A DNA stretch of 46,245 bases, taken from assembly GCA_003159675.1 (NCBI GenBank), contig PLQC01000074.1, positions 1-46,245 on the forward strand, written 5' to 3'. The position numbers were made by a program, and so were the translations under genes. Below are positions 1 to 9,744 of the stretch, in pieces; within the stretch, counting starts at the first letter, position 1; every line of letters begins with the position of its first letter. This DNA comes from Limisphaerales bacterium. Lineage in GTDB: Bacteria > Verrucomicrobiota > Verrucomicrobiia > Limisphaerales > BOG-1460. The notes beneath the pieces are model-generated. The model ran no database searches. It was not told where the DNA came from and worked only from the letters and a program-made list of their open reading frames with translations.

Positions 1-103
1 AAGAATTTTGTCTCACACCCGGTTCACGGCCTCATTTTGTTTCATGCTTGCATCGGCTGTTAAGTTGACCTTGTATTAGCCCCAGCGAACCGAGCGAGGC
101 CTT

Positions 104-655
104 ATGATTATCTACGCATTGTGTCTGGTTGTCGGAGTCCTGTTCACCTTCGGCAGCGCCATCGCGGGACATTTCTTTGGGGGCCACGATTCGGGCATTG
201 GAACAGGCGGTCATGCGGAGGCCGGATTCGACCACAGCGGGATGCCGGGGATCTCCTTTTTCAGCCCGACAGTGCTGGCCAGTTTCGTCACGGCCTTTGG
301 GGCGTTCGGGCTGGTCTTCAGCCGGATCGATGCGACCCGGAGCCCGTGGGTCAGCGCACCCCTGGCGCTCATCGGCGGCGGCCTCATCGCCGGCGCCGTT
401 TTCTGGCTCTTCAACACCCTGTTCAACAAAACACAGAGCTCCAGCGAGTCGCACGTCGCCTCGCTGGTCGGGCAAACCGCCTCGATCCTCACCCCGATTC
501 CTCAGGACGGGGTGGGGGAAATTGCCTACGTGCAGGGCGGCTCCCGCTACAGCGCACCGGCCCGCTCCGAAAAGGGCGTGCCGGTCGCCGCCGGCCAGAC
601 CGTGACGATCACGCGCGTGGTGGGCACCCAGTTTTACGTCCAGGCAATACAATAG
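104..655 (+). CDS. NfeD-like membrane protein, short form with C-terminal OB-fold segment
   Basis: This is a 183-aa ORF. It has N-terminal hydrophobic helices and then a beta-rich soluble tail (GEIAYVQGGSRYSAPARSEKGVPVAAGQTVTITRVVGTQFYV) typical of NfeD/YuaF. It lies 34 nt upstream of a flotillin gene, which is the canonical NfeD-flotillin pairing. Confidence 0.6.
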   Translation: MIIYALCLVVGVLFTFGSAIAGHFFGGHDSGIGTGGHAEAGFDHSGMPGISFFSPTVLASFVTAFGAFGLVFSRIDATRSPWVSAPLALIGGGLIAGAVFWLFNTLFNKTQSSSESHVASLVGQTASILTPIPQDGVGEIAYVQGGSRYSAPARSEKGVPVAAGQTVTITRVVGTQFYVQAIQ

Positions 656-688
656 TGCGCAGCATCAACCCAACAACCCCATTCCTCC

Positions 689-2218
689 ATGAATCCCTAT
701 CCGATCCTCGCCGTCGCCGGAGACATTCCCTGGATGACCATCATCGCGAGCGCAGTGGCTCTCATGCTGGTCTTCTTCATCTTCGCCGGCATCTGGGCCA
801 GCCGCTACACGAAAGTGGGGCCCAACCAGGTGCTGGTCATTTCGGGACGCAAACACCACATCCTGGACCCGGACGGCCAGGCGCATGATGTCGGCTTCCG
901 CGTCGTCAAGGGCGGCGGCGTGTTCGTCTGGCCGGTGTTCGAGAAGGTGGACATTCTCTCGCTCGAGCTGCTCACCATCGACGTGCAGACGCCCGAAGTT
1001 TACACCAGCAAGGGAGTGCCGGTGCGCGTGGATGGAGTGGCTCAGGTGAAGGTCAAGGGCGATGACATTTCCATTGCCACCGCCGCGGAGCAATTCCTCA
1101 GCAAAGGGGTTGACGACATCAAAAACATCGCCATGCAGACCCTCGAGGGCCACCTGCGCGCCATCCTCGGCACCATGACGGTGGAGGACATCTACCAGAA
1201 CCGCGACGCCTTCGCCTCCAAGGTCCAGGAAGTGGCGGCAGGCGACATGGCCAACATGGGCCTGCAGATCGTCAGCTTCACGATCCGCGACATCCGTGAC
1301 AGTCAGGGCTACCTGGATGCATTGGGCAAACCGCGCATCGCACAGGTCAAGCGCGATGCCGTCATCGCCCAGGCCGAAGCCGACCGTGACGCCATGATTC
1401 GCTCTTCCCAGGCCACGCAGGCAGGACAGGAAGCCAAATTTGTCGCGGATACCAAAATCGCCGAGGCGCAGCGCGACTACCAATCGAACGTGGCGCAATA
1501 CCAGGCCGCGGTGAACCAGAAGAAGGCCGAAGCCGACCTCGCGTACGACCTGCAGAAATTCAAGACCGGACAGTTGGTGAAGGCCGAGGAAGTGCAGGTG
1601 CAGATCATCGAAAAGCAGAAGCAGATCGAACTGCAACAGCAGGAAATTCTGCGCAAGCAACGCGAGCTCGAAGCGAACGTCCAGAAACCCGCCGATGCGG
1701 AACGCTACAAGGTCGAGACGCTGGCCAACGCCACGAAATTCCAGCTCGAAACCGAAGCCGCCGGCGCCGCGTCCGCAACGAAAGCCAAGGGTTTTGCCAA
1801 CGCCGATGTGGCCAAGGCCACGGGCATCGCCGAGGCCGAAGCGAACAAGGCGCGCGGTCTGGCCGAGGCGGCGGTGATCGAGGCGCAAGGCAAGGCGACC
1901 GCCTCGGCCATGCAGCAAAAGGCCGAGTCGTTCAAACAATACAACGAAGCCGCGGTCATCGAAATGATCATGCGGGTGCTGCCGGAAGTGGCCGGCAAGA
2001 TCAGCGAGCCGCTCGCCAAGACGGAGAAGATCGTGATCATCAACAGCGGCAACGGTCCCGGCGGCGGCGCCAGCAAGCTGACCGGCGACGTGACGCAGAT
2101 CATCAGCCAGTTGCCGCCGGTGATCGAGAGCCTGACCGGGGTGAAGTTTGAGAAATTGCTGGAACAGGTGCCGGCAATCCGGAAGGCGATGGGTAAAGAC
2201 GATGCCACCAAGAAATAA
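689..2218 (+). CDS. flotillin-like SPFH/band-7 protein (FloT/YuaG family)
   Basis: This is a 509-aa protein. It has an N-terminal TM helix and an SPFH core, followed by a long Ala/Glu/Gln-rich coiled-coil segment (EAEANKARGLAEAAVIEAQGKA...) characteristic of bacterial flotillins. Confidence 0.9.
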   Translation: MNPYPILAVAGDIPWMTIIASAVALMLVFFIFAGIWASRYTKVGPNQVLVISGRKHHILDPDGQAHDVGFRVVKGGGVFVWPVFEKVDILSLELLTIDVQTPEVYTSKGVPVRVDGVAQVKVKGDDISIATAAEQFLSKGVDDIKNIAMQTLEGHLRAILGTMTVEDIYQNRDAFASKVQEVAAGDMANMGLQIVSFTIRDIRDSQGYLDALGKPRIAQVKRDAVIAQAEADRDAMIRSSQATQAGQEAKFVADTKIAEAQRDYQSNVAQYQAAVNQKKAEADLAYDLQKFKTGQLVKAEEVQVQIIEKQKQIELQQQEILRKQRELEANVQKPADAERYKVETLANATKFQLETEAAGAASATKAKGFANADVAKATGIAEAEANKARGLAEAAVIEAQGKATASAMQQKAESFKQYNEAAVIEMIMRVLPEVAGKISEPLAKTEKIVIINSGNGPGGGASKLTGDVTQIISQLPPVIESLTGVKFEKLLEQVPAIRKAMGKDDATKK

Positions 2219-2238
2219 ATCAACGAGAGGAAACACTT

Positions 2239-2484
2239 ATGTTTGCGATCATGGCGATTGGCGGACTGGCATTCATTCTGGCGCTGCTGATTCTGGCGCC
2301 ACTGGCATTGTTGTTGATGGTATTCTGGATCTGGATGCTGGTTGACGCGATTCAGAACAAAGGACTCAGCGACGGGGAAAAAGTCGGCTGGGTGCTGGCG
2401 ATAGTGTTCCTTCATTTCCTGGGGGCGCTGCTCTACTTCTTCATCGGGCACCCGAAGCGAAGACCGCCGCTGGCCGCGACTTGA
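2239..2484 (+). CDS. PLDc_N-domain small membrane protein (phospholipase-D/cardiolipin-synthase N-terminal-like)
   Basis: This is an 81-aa ORF with two TM helices separated by the PLDc_N-type motif WIWMLVDAIQN...KVGWVLAIVFLHFLGALLYFFIG. A Shine-Dalgarno-like gagagga lies upstream. The gene is in the same strand run as the flotillin gene. Confidence 0.6.
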   Translation: MFAIMAIGGLAFILALLILAPLALLLMVFWIWMLVDAIQNKGLSDGEKVGWVLAIVFLHFLGALLYFFIGHPKRRPPLAAT

Positions 2485-3377
2485 ATGGAACGCATGATTT
2501 CCGGGCAGTCGAGTTAAAGCTCATGCGCCTGTTTGAATCCATTATCGATGCCAATCACCGGGCGATCGCGGGTGATGCCACCGCCGGTGTCCACATCGCG
2601 GATTTTGAGAATGAACTGCCGGTGATCGCGTTGACATGCGTGGACCCGCGGTTGAACGCCCTGTTCCCGAACGTGCTCGGCTTGCCGGGCGACCAATTCA
2701 TCTGGTTGCGGAACGCGGGTAACATCATCACCGGCCCGTTGAGCAGCACCCTGCGCTCGCTGGCCCTGGCCTGCTCGGTCAAGGGCGGAAAGGAAATCGC
2801 AGTGATCGGGCACACGGATTGCCAGGTGTGCAAGACGAGCACGATCCAGTTGCTCGACAAGTTGAAAACGCTCGGCATCGATCGCAAATTGCTGCCGGAA
2901 AACCTCAACGAGTTCTTCGGGCTGTTCTCCAGCGAACGGCAGAACGTCATCAAGGGCTGCGACATCGTCCGCCACAGTCCGCTCATCGGTCCCAAAATTC
3001 CCGTTCATGGCCTGCTCGTGGACGTCGGGACCGGAAGCCTCGAATGGATTGTCAACGGGTATCAGAACTGGGAAACCCTGGGCGATCGATGGAATGAAGT
3101 CGCGAAATCGGCCGGTCAGACGGTCGATGCGCTGAAGTCGCTCGCCGAGTTCAAGATCGGTGAGATGAAATTTCCGGAAACAAAGATCGGCGAGACGGTC
3201 ACTCAAGCCGGGGATTGGCTTGGCAAAAAGATCCAGTCAATGGAAATCAAACCTCCCGCGGCCGCGCCACCGGTTGCTCCTCCTGCCGCGCCGCCAGGTC
3301 CCCCGCCGTTGCCGCCGAGGATTCCATTGCCTCCGGCGGTGCGGTCGCGGCTGAAGAAGCCCTGGGGAGGGGGGTAG
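2481..3377 (+). CDS. beta-class carbonic anhydrase-like protein with proline-rich C-terminal tail
   Basis: The motifs are CVDPR (C-x-D-x-R), LRNAGNII and GHTDCQVC (H-x-x-C), in the order and spacing of beta-CA zinc ligands. The last 60 residues are low-complexity (PPAAAPPVAPPAAPPGPPPLPPRIPLPP). The start overlaps the upstream stop by 4 nt. Confidence 0.6.
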   Translation: MNGTHDFRAVELKLMRLFESIIDANHRAIAGDATAGVHIADFENELPVIALTCVDPRLNALFPNVLGLPGDQFIWLRNAGNIITGPLSSTLRSLALACSVKGGKEIAVIGHTDCQVCKTSTIQLLDKLKTLGIDRKLLPENLNEFFGLFSSERQNVIKGCDIVRHSPLIGPKIPVHGLLVDVGTGSLEWIVNGYQNWETLGDRWNEVAKSAGQTVDALKSLAEFKIGEMKFPETKIGETVTQAGDWLGKKIQSMEIKPPAAAPPVAPPAAPPGPPPLPPRIPLPPAVRSRLKKPWGGG

Positions 3378-3464
3378 TTTTTATTTTACGATCTGGAGAA
3401 GTTGCGAAAGACCTGGAAATCCTCCGCTCGCCCACCCACCGCAGATCCCCGTTCAGCCGCCTGT

Positions 3465-4613
3465 TCACGTCGCCTCAAACAATCGCCGGTGTTCCTGGAT
3501 CGCATACCGGTCGGTCATGCCGGCGAGGTAGTCGCAAATGGCCCGGCGCAAACCGTCCTTCCGGACCCGTTTACGGCTCAGGGTTCCAAGCCGTGAAGGC
3601 ATTTTCAGATAATAATCAAATAAATCATCGAGCATCCGCACGGCACGCATATTCGGCTCCTGGACCAGCGGGTTGAAATAGAGGTTGGTGTAAAGGTATC
3701 GCCGTAATTCCAGGTTCAGGTCGCGGCGTTTCGGGCTGTAACGCACCAGCGGACGCGCCTGCCGGCGCACATCTGCAACGCTCTTCACACCCGCCTTGCC
3801 GATCAGTTTCTCCGTGATGATGACGACGTCCTTGACTTGCATGTCGATGATGCAGCGGATGATGAAACACCGGCGGCACTCGTCGGGCAGCGCGCCGAAT
3901 TCCCGTTCCACGGTCCGCGCCGCGTGACGCCAGATCCGCACGTCGCGATTCAACTGTTTTTCCGAGAGCAAACCCGCATCCAGCCCGTCATCCAGGTCGT
4001 GGCTGTAGTAGGTGATTTCGTCCGCGAGATTCGCGACCTGCGCCTCGAGGGACGCGGATCGGTCGGCGAACCCCCGGCGCCCAGCGGGACGGTCGTACGC
4101 CGTGCGGTGTTTGAGGAGTCCCTCGCGGACTTCCCACGTCAGATTCAAGCCGCGAAAGCGGGGGTACTTTTGCTCGAGTTTCTCCACCACCCGCAAGCTC
4201 TGCCGGTTGTGTTCGAAGCCGCCGTGATTTTTCATCAGGCGGTTGAGCGCCGCCTCACCCCGGTGCCCGAAGGGCGAATGGCCGAGGTCGTGGGCCAGGG
4301 CGATGGTTTCCGCAAGGTCCTCGTTCAACTTCAGCGCGCGGGCGATGTTCCGCGAGACGGCCGCCACTTCCATCGTGTGGGTCAGGCGCGTTCGCAAATG
4401 ATCGCCCGTTCCGTTCAGAAACACCTGGGTCTTGTATTCGAGGCGCCGGAATGCGCGCGAGTGAATCACCCGGTCGCGATCGCGCTGATACTCGGTGCGC
4501 CAATCGGGAGGAGGCTCCGAATACCGCCGTCCCCGGCTGTCGGCGCTGAATTGGGCGTAGGGAGCCAGGCAGAGTCCTTCGAGTTGCTCCAGTTCAAGCC
4601 GGGTGCGGGGCAT
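3465..4613 (-). CDS. dgt: dGTP triphosphohydrolase-like HD-domain protein
   Basis: This is a 382-aa protein with the HD-domain signature (HTMEVAAVSRNIARAL, AHDLGHSPFGH) and overall dGTPase-family architecture. Confidence 0.85.
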   Translation of the reverse strand: MPRTRLELEQLEGLCLAPYAQFSADSRGRRYSEPPPDWRTEYQRDRDRVIHSRAFRRLEYKTQVFLNGTGDHLRTRLTHTMEVAAVSRNIARALKLNEDLAETIALAHDLGHSPFGHRGEAALNRLMKNHGGFEHNRQSLRVVEKLEQKYPRFRGLNLTWEVREGLLKHRTAYDRPAGRRGFADRSASLEAQVANLADEITYYSHDLDDGLDAGLLSEKQLNRDVRIWRHAARTVEREFGALPDECRRCFIIRCIIDMQVKDVVIITEKLIGKAGVKSVADVRRQARPLVRYSPKRRDLNLELRRYLYTNLYFNPLVQEPNMRAVRMLDDLFDYYLKMPSRLGTLSRKRVRKDGLRRAICDYLAGMTDRYAIQEHRRLFEAT

Positions 4614-4628
4614 GACAGAATAGTCGGA

Positions 4629-5861
4629 TCAATTCGTCAATAAATGTTGGATGCTGATTCCGCGGAGCGCGAAAAGACGGCGGATGGTCTCTTCGATCAG
4701 GTTGTTCGGGCAGGAAGCTCCGGCGGTGATGCCGACGGTGATTTTGCCCGATGGCAGCCAGTCCGGAGTTTCCACTTCCGTCTGTCGATCCTGTCTGTAG
4801 TGGACGATCTTGTTCGGCTCCATTTTCGCGGCGTTCTTGATGAAATAGGTGGGAAGCTTGGCTTCACCCATTTCCGCGAGGTGCGATGTATTGGACGAAT
4901 TGTAGCCGCCGACCACCAGAAGAAAATCGAGCGGATCGCGCAACAGCTTTTCGAGCGCGTCCTGCCGGTCCTGGGTCGCGCCGCAAATGGTGTCGAAGAA
5001 CCTGAAGTGCTCGTCCACTTTGTCGATCCCGAATTTCTGGATCATCGCGTCCTTGATCATGCGCTGGACCGTCTCGGTTTCACCCCGGAGCATGGTGGTT
5101 TGATTGGCCACACCCACGGCCTGCAAATGGGAATCCGGATCGAAGCCGACCGAATAGGCGCCTTTGAAGTTTTCCAGGAACTCCTGTTTGTTGCCCCCGT
5201 GCAGAATGTAATTGCAGACGTCCTCTGTTTGCTTGAGGTTGAAGACGACAAGGTAATGTCCGCTGCCGTAGGCCCTGGCTTGCGACGTTGTGGCTTTGGT
5301 TTCCTCATGTTTGGCTTTGCCGTGAATGATGCTGGTGACGGAATCCTTCGAGTACTGCCGGACCCGTTTCCACACGCTCATCACGTCGCCGCAGGTGGTG
5401 TCCACGAGAATACATCCCTTTTCCTCCAGCCGTTTCCGCGTGCCGACTTCCGTGCCAAATGCAGGAATCATCACCACATCACCGGCGTTGAGCCTGGCGA
5501 TGTCCGCCTCGGTCGGCTTGGGTGAAATGATTTGAATGCCCTGGTTGCTGATCTGGTCGTTGACTTCGGGATTGTGAATGATTTCGCCCAGCAAATAAAT
5601 CGGCGTGCTGGGAGAAACCTCGGAAAAGTATTTTTTCGCGGCATAAGCCAGGTCGATCGCGCGCTCGACGCCATAGCAAAAGCCGAATTCCTTGGCGAGC
5701 TTGATGGTCAGGTCCCCCGCCGAAAGCACGCCGCCGTTGGCGCGGATGCGCTCGACCAGCTCGCTGCGGTAGTGCGACAGCACCTGCGCTTGGACGGCTT
5801 CCATGATGTCCGGCCGGCGCAGGTTGATCTTTTGGGACGCAACGGGGGCTTCGGTTGACAT
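4629..5861 (-). CDS. ispH: 4-hydroxy-3-methylbut-2-enyl diphosphate reductase, long form
   Basis: The LAKEFGFCYGVERAI motif and conserved Cys-containing segments of IspH/LytB are present. At 410 aa it is the long form seen in cyanobacteria and plants. It is co-directional with dgt and lies 15 nt upstream of it. Confidence 0.85.
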   Translation of the reverse strand: MSTEAPVASQKINLRRPDIMEAVQAQVLSHYRSELVERIRANGGVLSAGDLTIKLAKEFGFCYGVERAIDLAYAAKKYFSEVSPSTPIYLLGEIIHNPEVNDQISNQGIQIISPKPTEADIARLNAGDVVMIPAFGTEVGTRKRLEEKGCILVDTTCGDVMSVWKRVRQYSKDSVTSIIHGKAKHEETKATTSQARAYGSGHYLVVFNLKQTEDVCNYILHGGNKQEFLENFKGAYSVGFDPDSHLQAVGVANQTTMLRGETETVQRMIKDAMIQKFGIDKVDEHFRFFDTICGATQDRQDALEKLLRDPLDFLLVVGGYNSSNTSHLAEMGEAKLPTYFIKNAAKMEPNKIVHYRQDRQTEVETPDWLPSGKITVGITAGASCPNNLIEETIRRLFALRGISIQHLLTN

Positions 5862-5947
5862 GAGCCAAATCTATCACGGGGATGCAAAGCGTCTAGCACG
5901 ATTTAGGTTGCGTGGTGGCGGATTCCTGCAATGATTGAAGCGTCAAT

Positions 5948-6024
5948 CGGAGCGTAGCTCAGCCTGGTAGAGCACTTGGTTTGGGACCAAGACGTCGCAG
6001 GTTCAAATCCTGTCGCTCCGACCA
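5948..6024 (+). tRNA. tRNA-Pro (anticodon TGG), CCA encoded
   Basis: The acceptor stem CGGAGCG/CGCTCCG closes a cloverleaf. It has the D-arm GCTC-AGCCTGGTA-GAGC and the anticodon stem CTTGG/CCAAG around loop TTTGGGA, giving anticodon UGG. The T-loop is TTCAAAT, followed by discriminator A and CCA. The antisense ORF gives the typical GFEPAT read-through translation of a tRNA. Confidence 0.85.
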
Positions 6025-6442
6025 CTTTTTTATTTGGAAAAGGAGAAACTTGTTGATCTGTTGACATAATCGACAGCATGAAGGGAATAATAGGGGTCGG
6101 TTGCTTCGGGGAGGTCGAGGAGACCTCAAACATCATCGAAATCAATCCAGCGACGGCCTGTGCTCAGGAGGAGAGTATGCCGGCGGAGGTTATTCCGGAA
6201 AGCGAAGATACCCGCCAGACTCTGCGTCACCAGTTCGGCATCGCTGGAATCCATCGTTTTCATTGCTTGTGTCGTCATCATGTCAACAAATAGGTCTTGA
6301 AACGAGCCAAAGAGGTGACAAAGAAAAGAAGCCACTTGACCATGAATTTACGGCCCACGCGGACAATTCTGAACTGAAGCTGGGTTCTGGCCAGCCAATG
6401 GCAAGGATTGACAAACTTTGTTGGATGGTGGATTTTATCTCA

Positions 6443-6714
6443 TGGCGACTAGGACAAGAAACATTTCTTTGCCGCCCGCACTGGATGCTTTTGTTGAGCA
6501 AAAGGTGAAGGGCGGACATTACGGCAATGCGAGCAACGTCGTTCAAGCCGGTCTCCGCGCCCTGGCAAGGGAAGAGCTTGGCGAGAACGTGAAGCGGTTT
6601 AATGAAATCATGGCCGCGCTGCCGCAAGACCCAATCACGCCGGAAATTGAGCAGGAGATTGAGCGGGACATTCGCGCCGCCCGCTCCGCTGAACGGAGAA
6701 AGGCCGCGAAGTGA
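6443..6714 (+). CDS. ParD/RHH-family type II antitoxin
   Basis: The ORF encodes MATRTRNISLPPALDAFVEQKVKGGHYGNASNVVQAGLRALAREE, which is a ParD-like ribbon-helix-helix antitoxin signature. Its stop overlaps the start of the downstream PIN gene (GTGA). Confidence 0.7.
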
Positions 6715-7133
6715 CGCCCGTCGTATTCGACTGCGGCGTCATCTTGTCCGCTATTGGATGGAGCGGCAACCCGCGCCGCTGCTTGTCGCTTGTGGCGCAT
6801 CGGCAGATTCAGTTCTGTGTCTCGGCGGACACTTGGAGCGAATACGAAAGACGGATTCCTGTTGAAATGGCAAAGAAGCGTCCCGGCGCGAACACACAGG
6901 CAACGTTGGATTGGCTTCTAACCGTCGCCCATTTCGTGGGGCCAGCGCCGCTTGGAAAGCAACGGAGCCGCGATTTGAAGGACGACATCTACCTTGCTTG
7001 TGCTTTGGGCGCTGGCGCAAAGTTCATCGTTTCCAATGACCGCGATTTGCTGGACTCCAAAAAGCCGTTCGGCATTTCCATCATGACGCCGATCCAATTG
7101 CTTCTGCACATCCGCAAACAGGCTGGAATCTGA
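6711..7133 (+). CDS. PIN-domain toxin (toxin-antitoxin system toxin component, PIN family)
   Basis: This is a 140-aa protein. It has a conserved acidic N-terminus (VVFDCGVILSA) and a C-terminal SNDRDLL segment typical of PIN nucleases. It starts at a GTG that overlaps the antitoxin stop. Confidence 0.65.
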   Translation: MTPVVFDCGVILSAIGWSGNPRRCLSLVAHRQIQFCVSADTWSEYERRIPVEMAKKRPGANTQATLDWLLTVAHFVGPAPLGKQRSRDLKDDIYLACALGAGAKFIVSNDRDLLDSKKPFGISIMTPIQLLLHIRKQAGI

Positions 7134-7249
7134 CCCTGCCTGCGAATACCGGGAGAGTTTAACCGCTTTTCCCCCCTCCCGCCCCACATTCCCGGACATT
7201 TTCAATGATGGACGGATGGACGCGGACAGCGAAAACTTATCCGGCCAAC

Positions 7250-7592
7250 CCGTCCGGGATTCATGTCCGTGTTTCCATGCTGCACTGACTAATGTTGTTG
7301 TATTGTTAATGCTGTCGCGAAGAAACACATTGAACCGACACGGAAGCACGGAATTATTGTTGTTCGTGAGCGTCAGGTTGTTCGCCGTGCTGGCGAATAA
7401 AACATAGCGCCCGTCCTTGCTGATAATTGAAAGCCCTGAATCCCCACTGCCGCCAAGTTTGGATTTAAAAGAAGATCCGCATACTGATACAAGTTGGGCT
7501 GCTTCTGCCGCCGGCAAAATGGAACAGACGACGAGTAGAGGAAGTATTATGAATGTCCGATTCCGGCACGAACTCTTCGCTCTACTTTCCAT
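7250..7592 (-). pseudogene. 5' fragment of a secreted WD40-like (PD40/TolB-type) beta-propeller protein gene
   Basis: A signal peptide (ILPLLVVCSILPAAEAA) is followed by SKDGRYVLFASTANNLT...VFLRDSINNTTTLVS, which resembles PD40 repeats. The frame then runs antisense into the PIN gene, so only the N-terminal part (about 115 aa) looks genuine. The fragment sits in an AT-rich stretch. Confidence 0.4.
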
Positions 7593-7827
7593 ACATGCCT
7601 TCTGTCAGATATAGTTCAGCTCCCTATGTAATAAAACGGCTCATGTCAAGATAAATGAAGCAAGGATATTCAGGGAACAACAACCAAAAGAATGTTTTGC
7701 GAGTCACGCCGTTTGCCGGTTTGGAGGCGCGGGAAAGCGGCAAAGGCAGCGAACCAAACCAAACACCGGCAGGCGAAGCCGGCTTCATTGACGAAACTTT
7801 TCTTGGCTTCTGTTGCTCCGACCATCT

Positions 7828-8784
7828 TCACTCGTTTTCGTGCGCCCGCCTCGAATCGCTTGTCTTGAACGGCGGCAAATCATTCCGATCCAGCCGCATC
7901 CCGGTGGCATGGTTGCGGCACAAGCGGCAAAAGGTTTCTTCGGCGAAACTCATTCGGCGGGCTGACAGGGACATGAGCGACCACCGGCGGTAAAGCGGCT
8001 TGGGCCCGAGCGGGCGCATCTTCAACGCGCCCTGACTGAGTTCTTGTCCCATCGTCCACGGGGACATGACGGAAACGCCGAGGCCTAATTTTACCAGCGC
8101 GATGATCGCGGCCGTGCTGCCCATCTCCATCGCGGCGCCCGGCACGATGTGGAGACGCCGGAAATAGCTTTCCAGCATCTGTGCCGTCAGGCTCGACCGC
8201 TGATAGATGATGAACTGCTGATTGCGGATTTCCTCGCGCGTGATTGGGCGTCCATCCATCCATGGATGCGTGGGCGCGAAGACGAACATGAGTTCATCCC
8301 TAAAAGCGGGGCGGAGCGTCAATCCGGTCGGGTTGGACGGGGTCAGCCCCAGCGCCACCTCCACCTTGCTTTGGTGAAGCAGGTCGATCAACTGCGGTGT
8401 GTCGCCCGATTCGACGCGTAGTTCGAGCGAGAGATGGTTTCTCTTCAATTCGCGGATGACTCCCGGCAGGATGTGTTCGCACGCCGCGTGAGTGGTTCCG
8501 ATGCGAAGACGGCTCTGGCCCCACTTGCCAAGATGCCGGACGGCTTCCGCGGCGGAATCCAGCGCGGCAAGAGGTCCCTGGACCTGTGCCAGCAGTTGTT
8601 CGCCGGCGTGGTTCAAAACCATCCGCTTTCCGACCCGTTCAAATAGCTGCATCCCCAGGTCGGTCTCCAGGGATTTGATGCTGTGGCTGATCGCCGAAGG
8701 CGTCAGATGCACCTTCCGGGCAGCGGCGACGAGGTTGCCGCTTTCAGCCACGGCGCAAAACACTTTCAATACCCGCGTTTCCAT
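7828..8784 (-). CDS. LysR-family transcriptional regulator
   Basis: The N-terminal HTH (LVAAARKVHLTPSAISHSIKSLETDLGMQLFER) is followed by a LysR substrate-binding domain. The protein is 318 aa. Confidence 0.85.
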   Translation of the reverse strand: METRVLKVFCAVAESGNLVAAARKVHLTPSAISHSIKSLETDLGMQLFERVGKRMVLNHAGEQLLAQVQGPLAALDSAAEAVRHLGKWGQSRLRIGTTHAACEHILPGVIRELKRNHLSLELRVESGDTPQLIDLLHQSKVEVALGLTPSNPTGLTLRPAFRDELMFVFAPTHPWMDGRPITREEIRNQQFIIYQRSSLTAQMLESYFRRLHIVPGAAMEMGSTAAIIALVKLGLGVSVMSPWTMGQELSQGALKMRPLGPKPLYRRWSLMSLSARRMSFAEETFCRLCRNHATGMRLDRNDLPPFKTSDSRRAHENE

Positions 8785-9257
8785 CAGTTGTTCAGGATTC
8801 CAGGTTCGCGTGGGGCGTAGGACAACAGCCGGTTCGATTATAACCAGGGGAAGATGGCGTGGTTTCCATGGCAGCGGTTCAGCAAATCACGCGCCCTGCG
8901 ACAAAAATCTGCCGCCAAACTCGTCAAGAATCGTCTGAAATCCGGGAATCTTTCACCCGTACATCTCCAGTCGCTCTCCTCAAAGCGCCTTTCCATATGA
9001 CACTTGCGCGCGATGGGGGTTGCTCGCTGATGGTGTAAAAATTTTCATCAAAATGTGCGGATCTGTTGACGCTCAGGGGCAATTTCATCGCGCTGAACCC
9101 GGGTTTTGTGCCGGGAAATGTGCTGATTGGATAAATTCAAACAAGGAATTCATTAATATAAAATTAATACGTAGCTTGGGAGCATAAACAACTCATAAAC
9201 ACAAAGGCTGGTTGATTTTGTAAGATGTTCATCTCGTGTTGTTTGCGAGACCATTAA

Positions 9258-9683
<426 letters not shown>

Positions 9684-9744
9684 AAACCAACCCAACAACA
9701 CAACAGAACAGCAGAGTAGAAACAGTCAAAAAAAACCAATAACT

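Noticed and set aside
665-2236. 523-aa antisense ORF fully overlapping the flotillin gene
   Set aside because: This is an antisense open frame typical of GC-rich DNA. It has low-complexity, Leu/Arg/Gly-rich content and no domain features. The sense-strand flotillin call is unambiguous.
6078-6335. Two about 70-aa ORFs in the spacer between tRNA-Pro and the antitoxin gene
   Set aside because: They are mutually overlapping on opposite strands with no recognisable features. They are more likely promoter or leader DNA of the TA operon.
6918-7592. Full 224-aa minus-strand ORF
   Set aside because: Only the first third or so (signal peptide plus PD40-like segment) looks genuine. The remainder is read-through antisense to the PIN toxin gene, so I called it a truncated fragment (7250-7592) instead.
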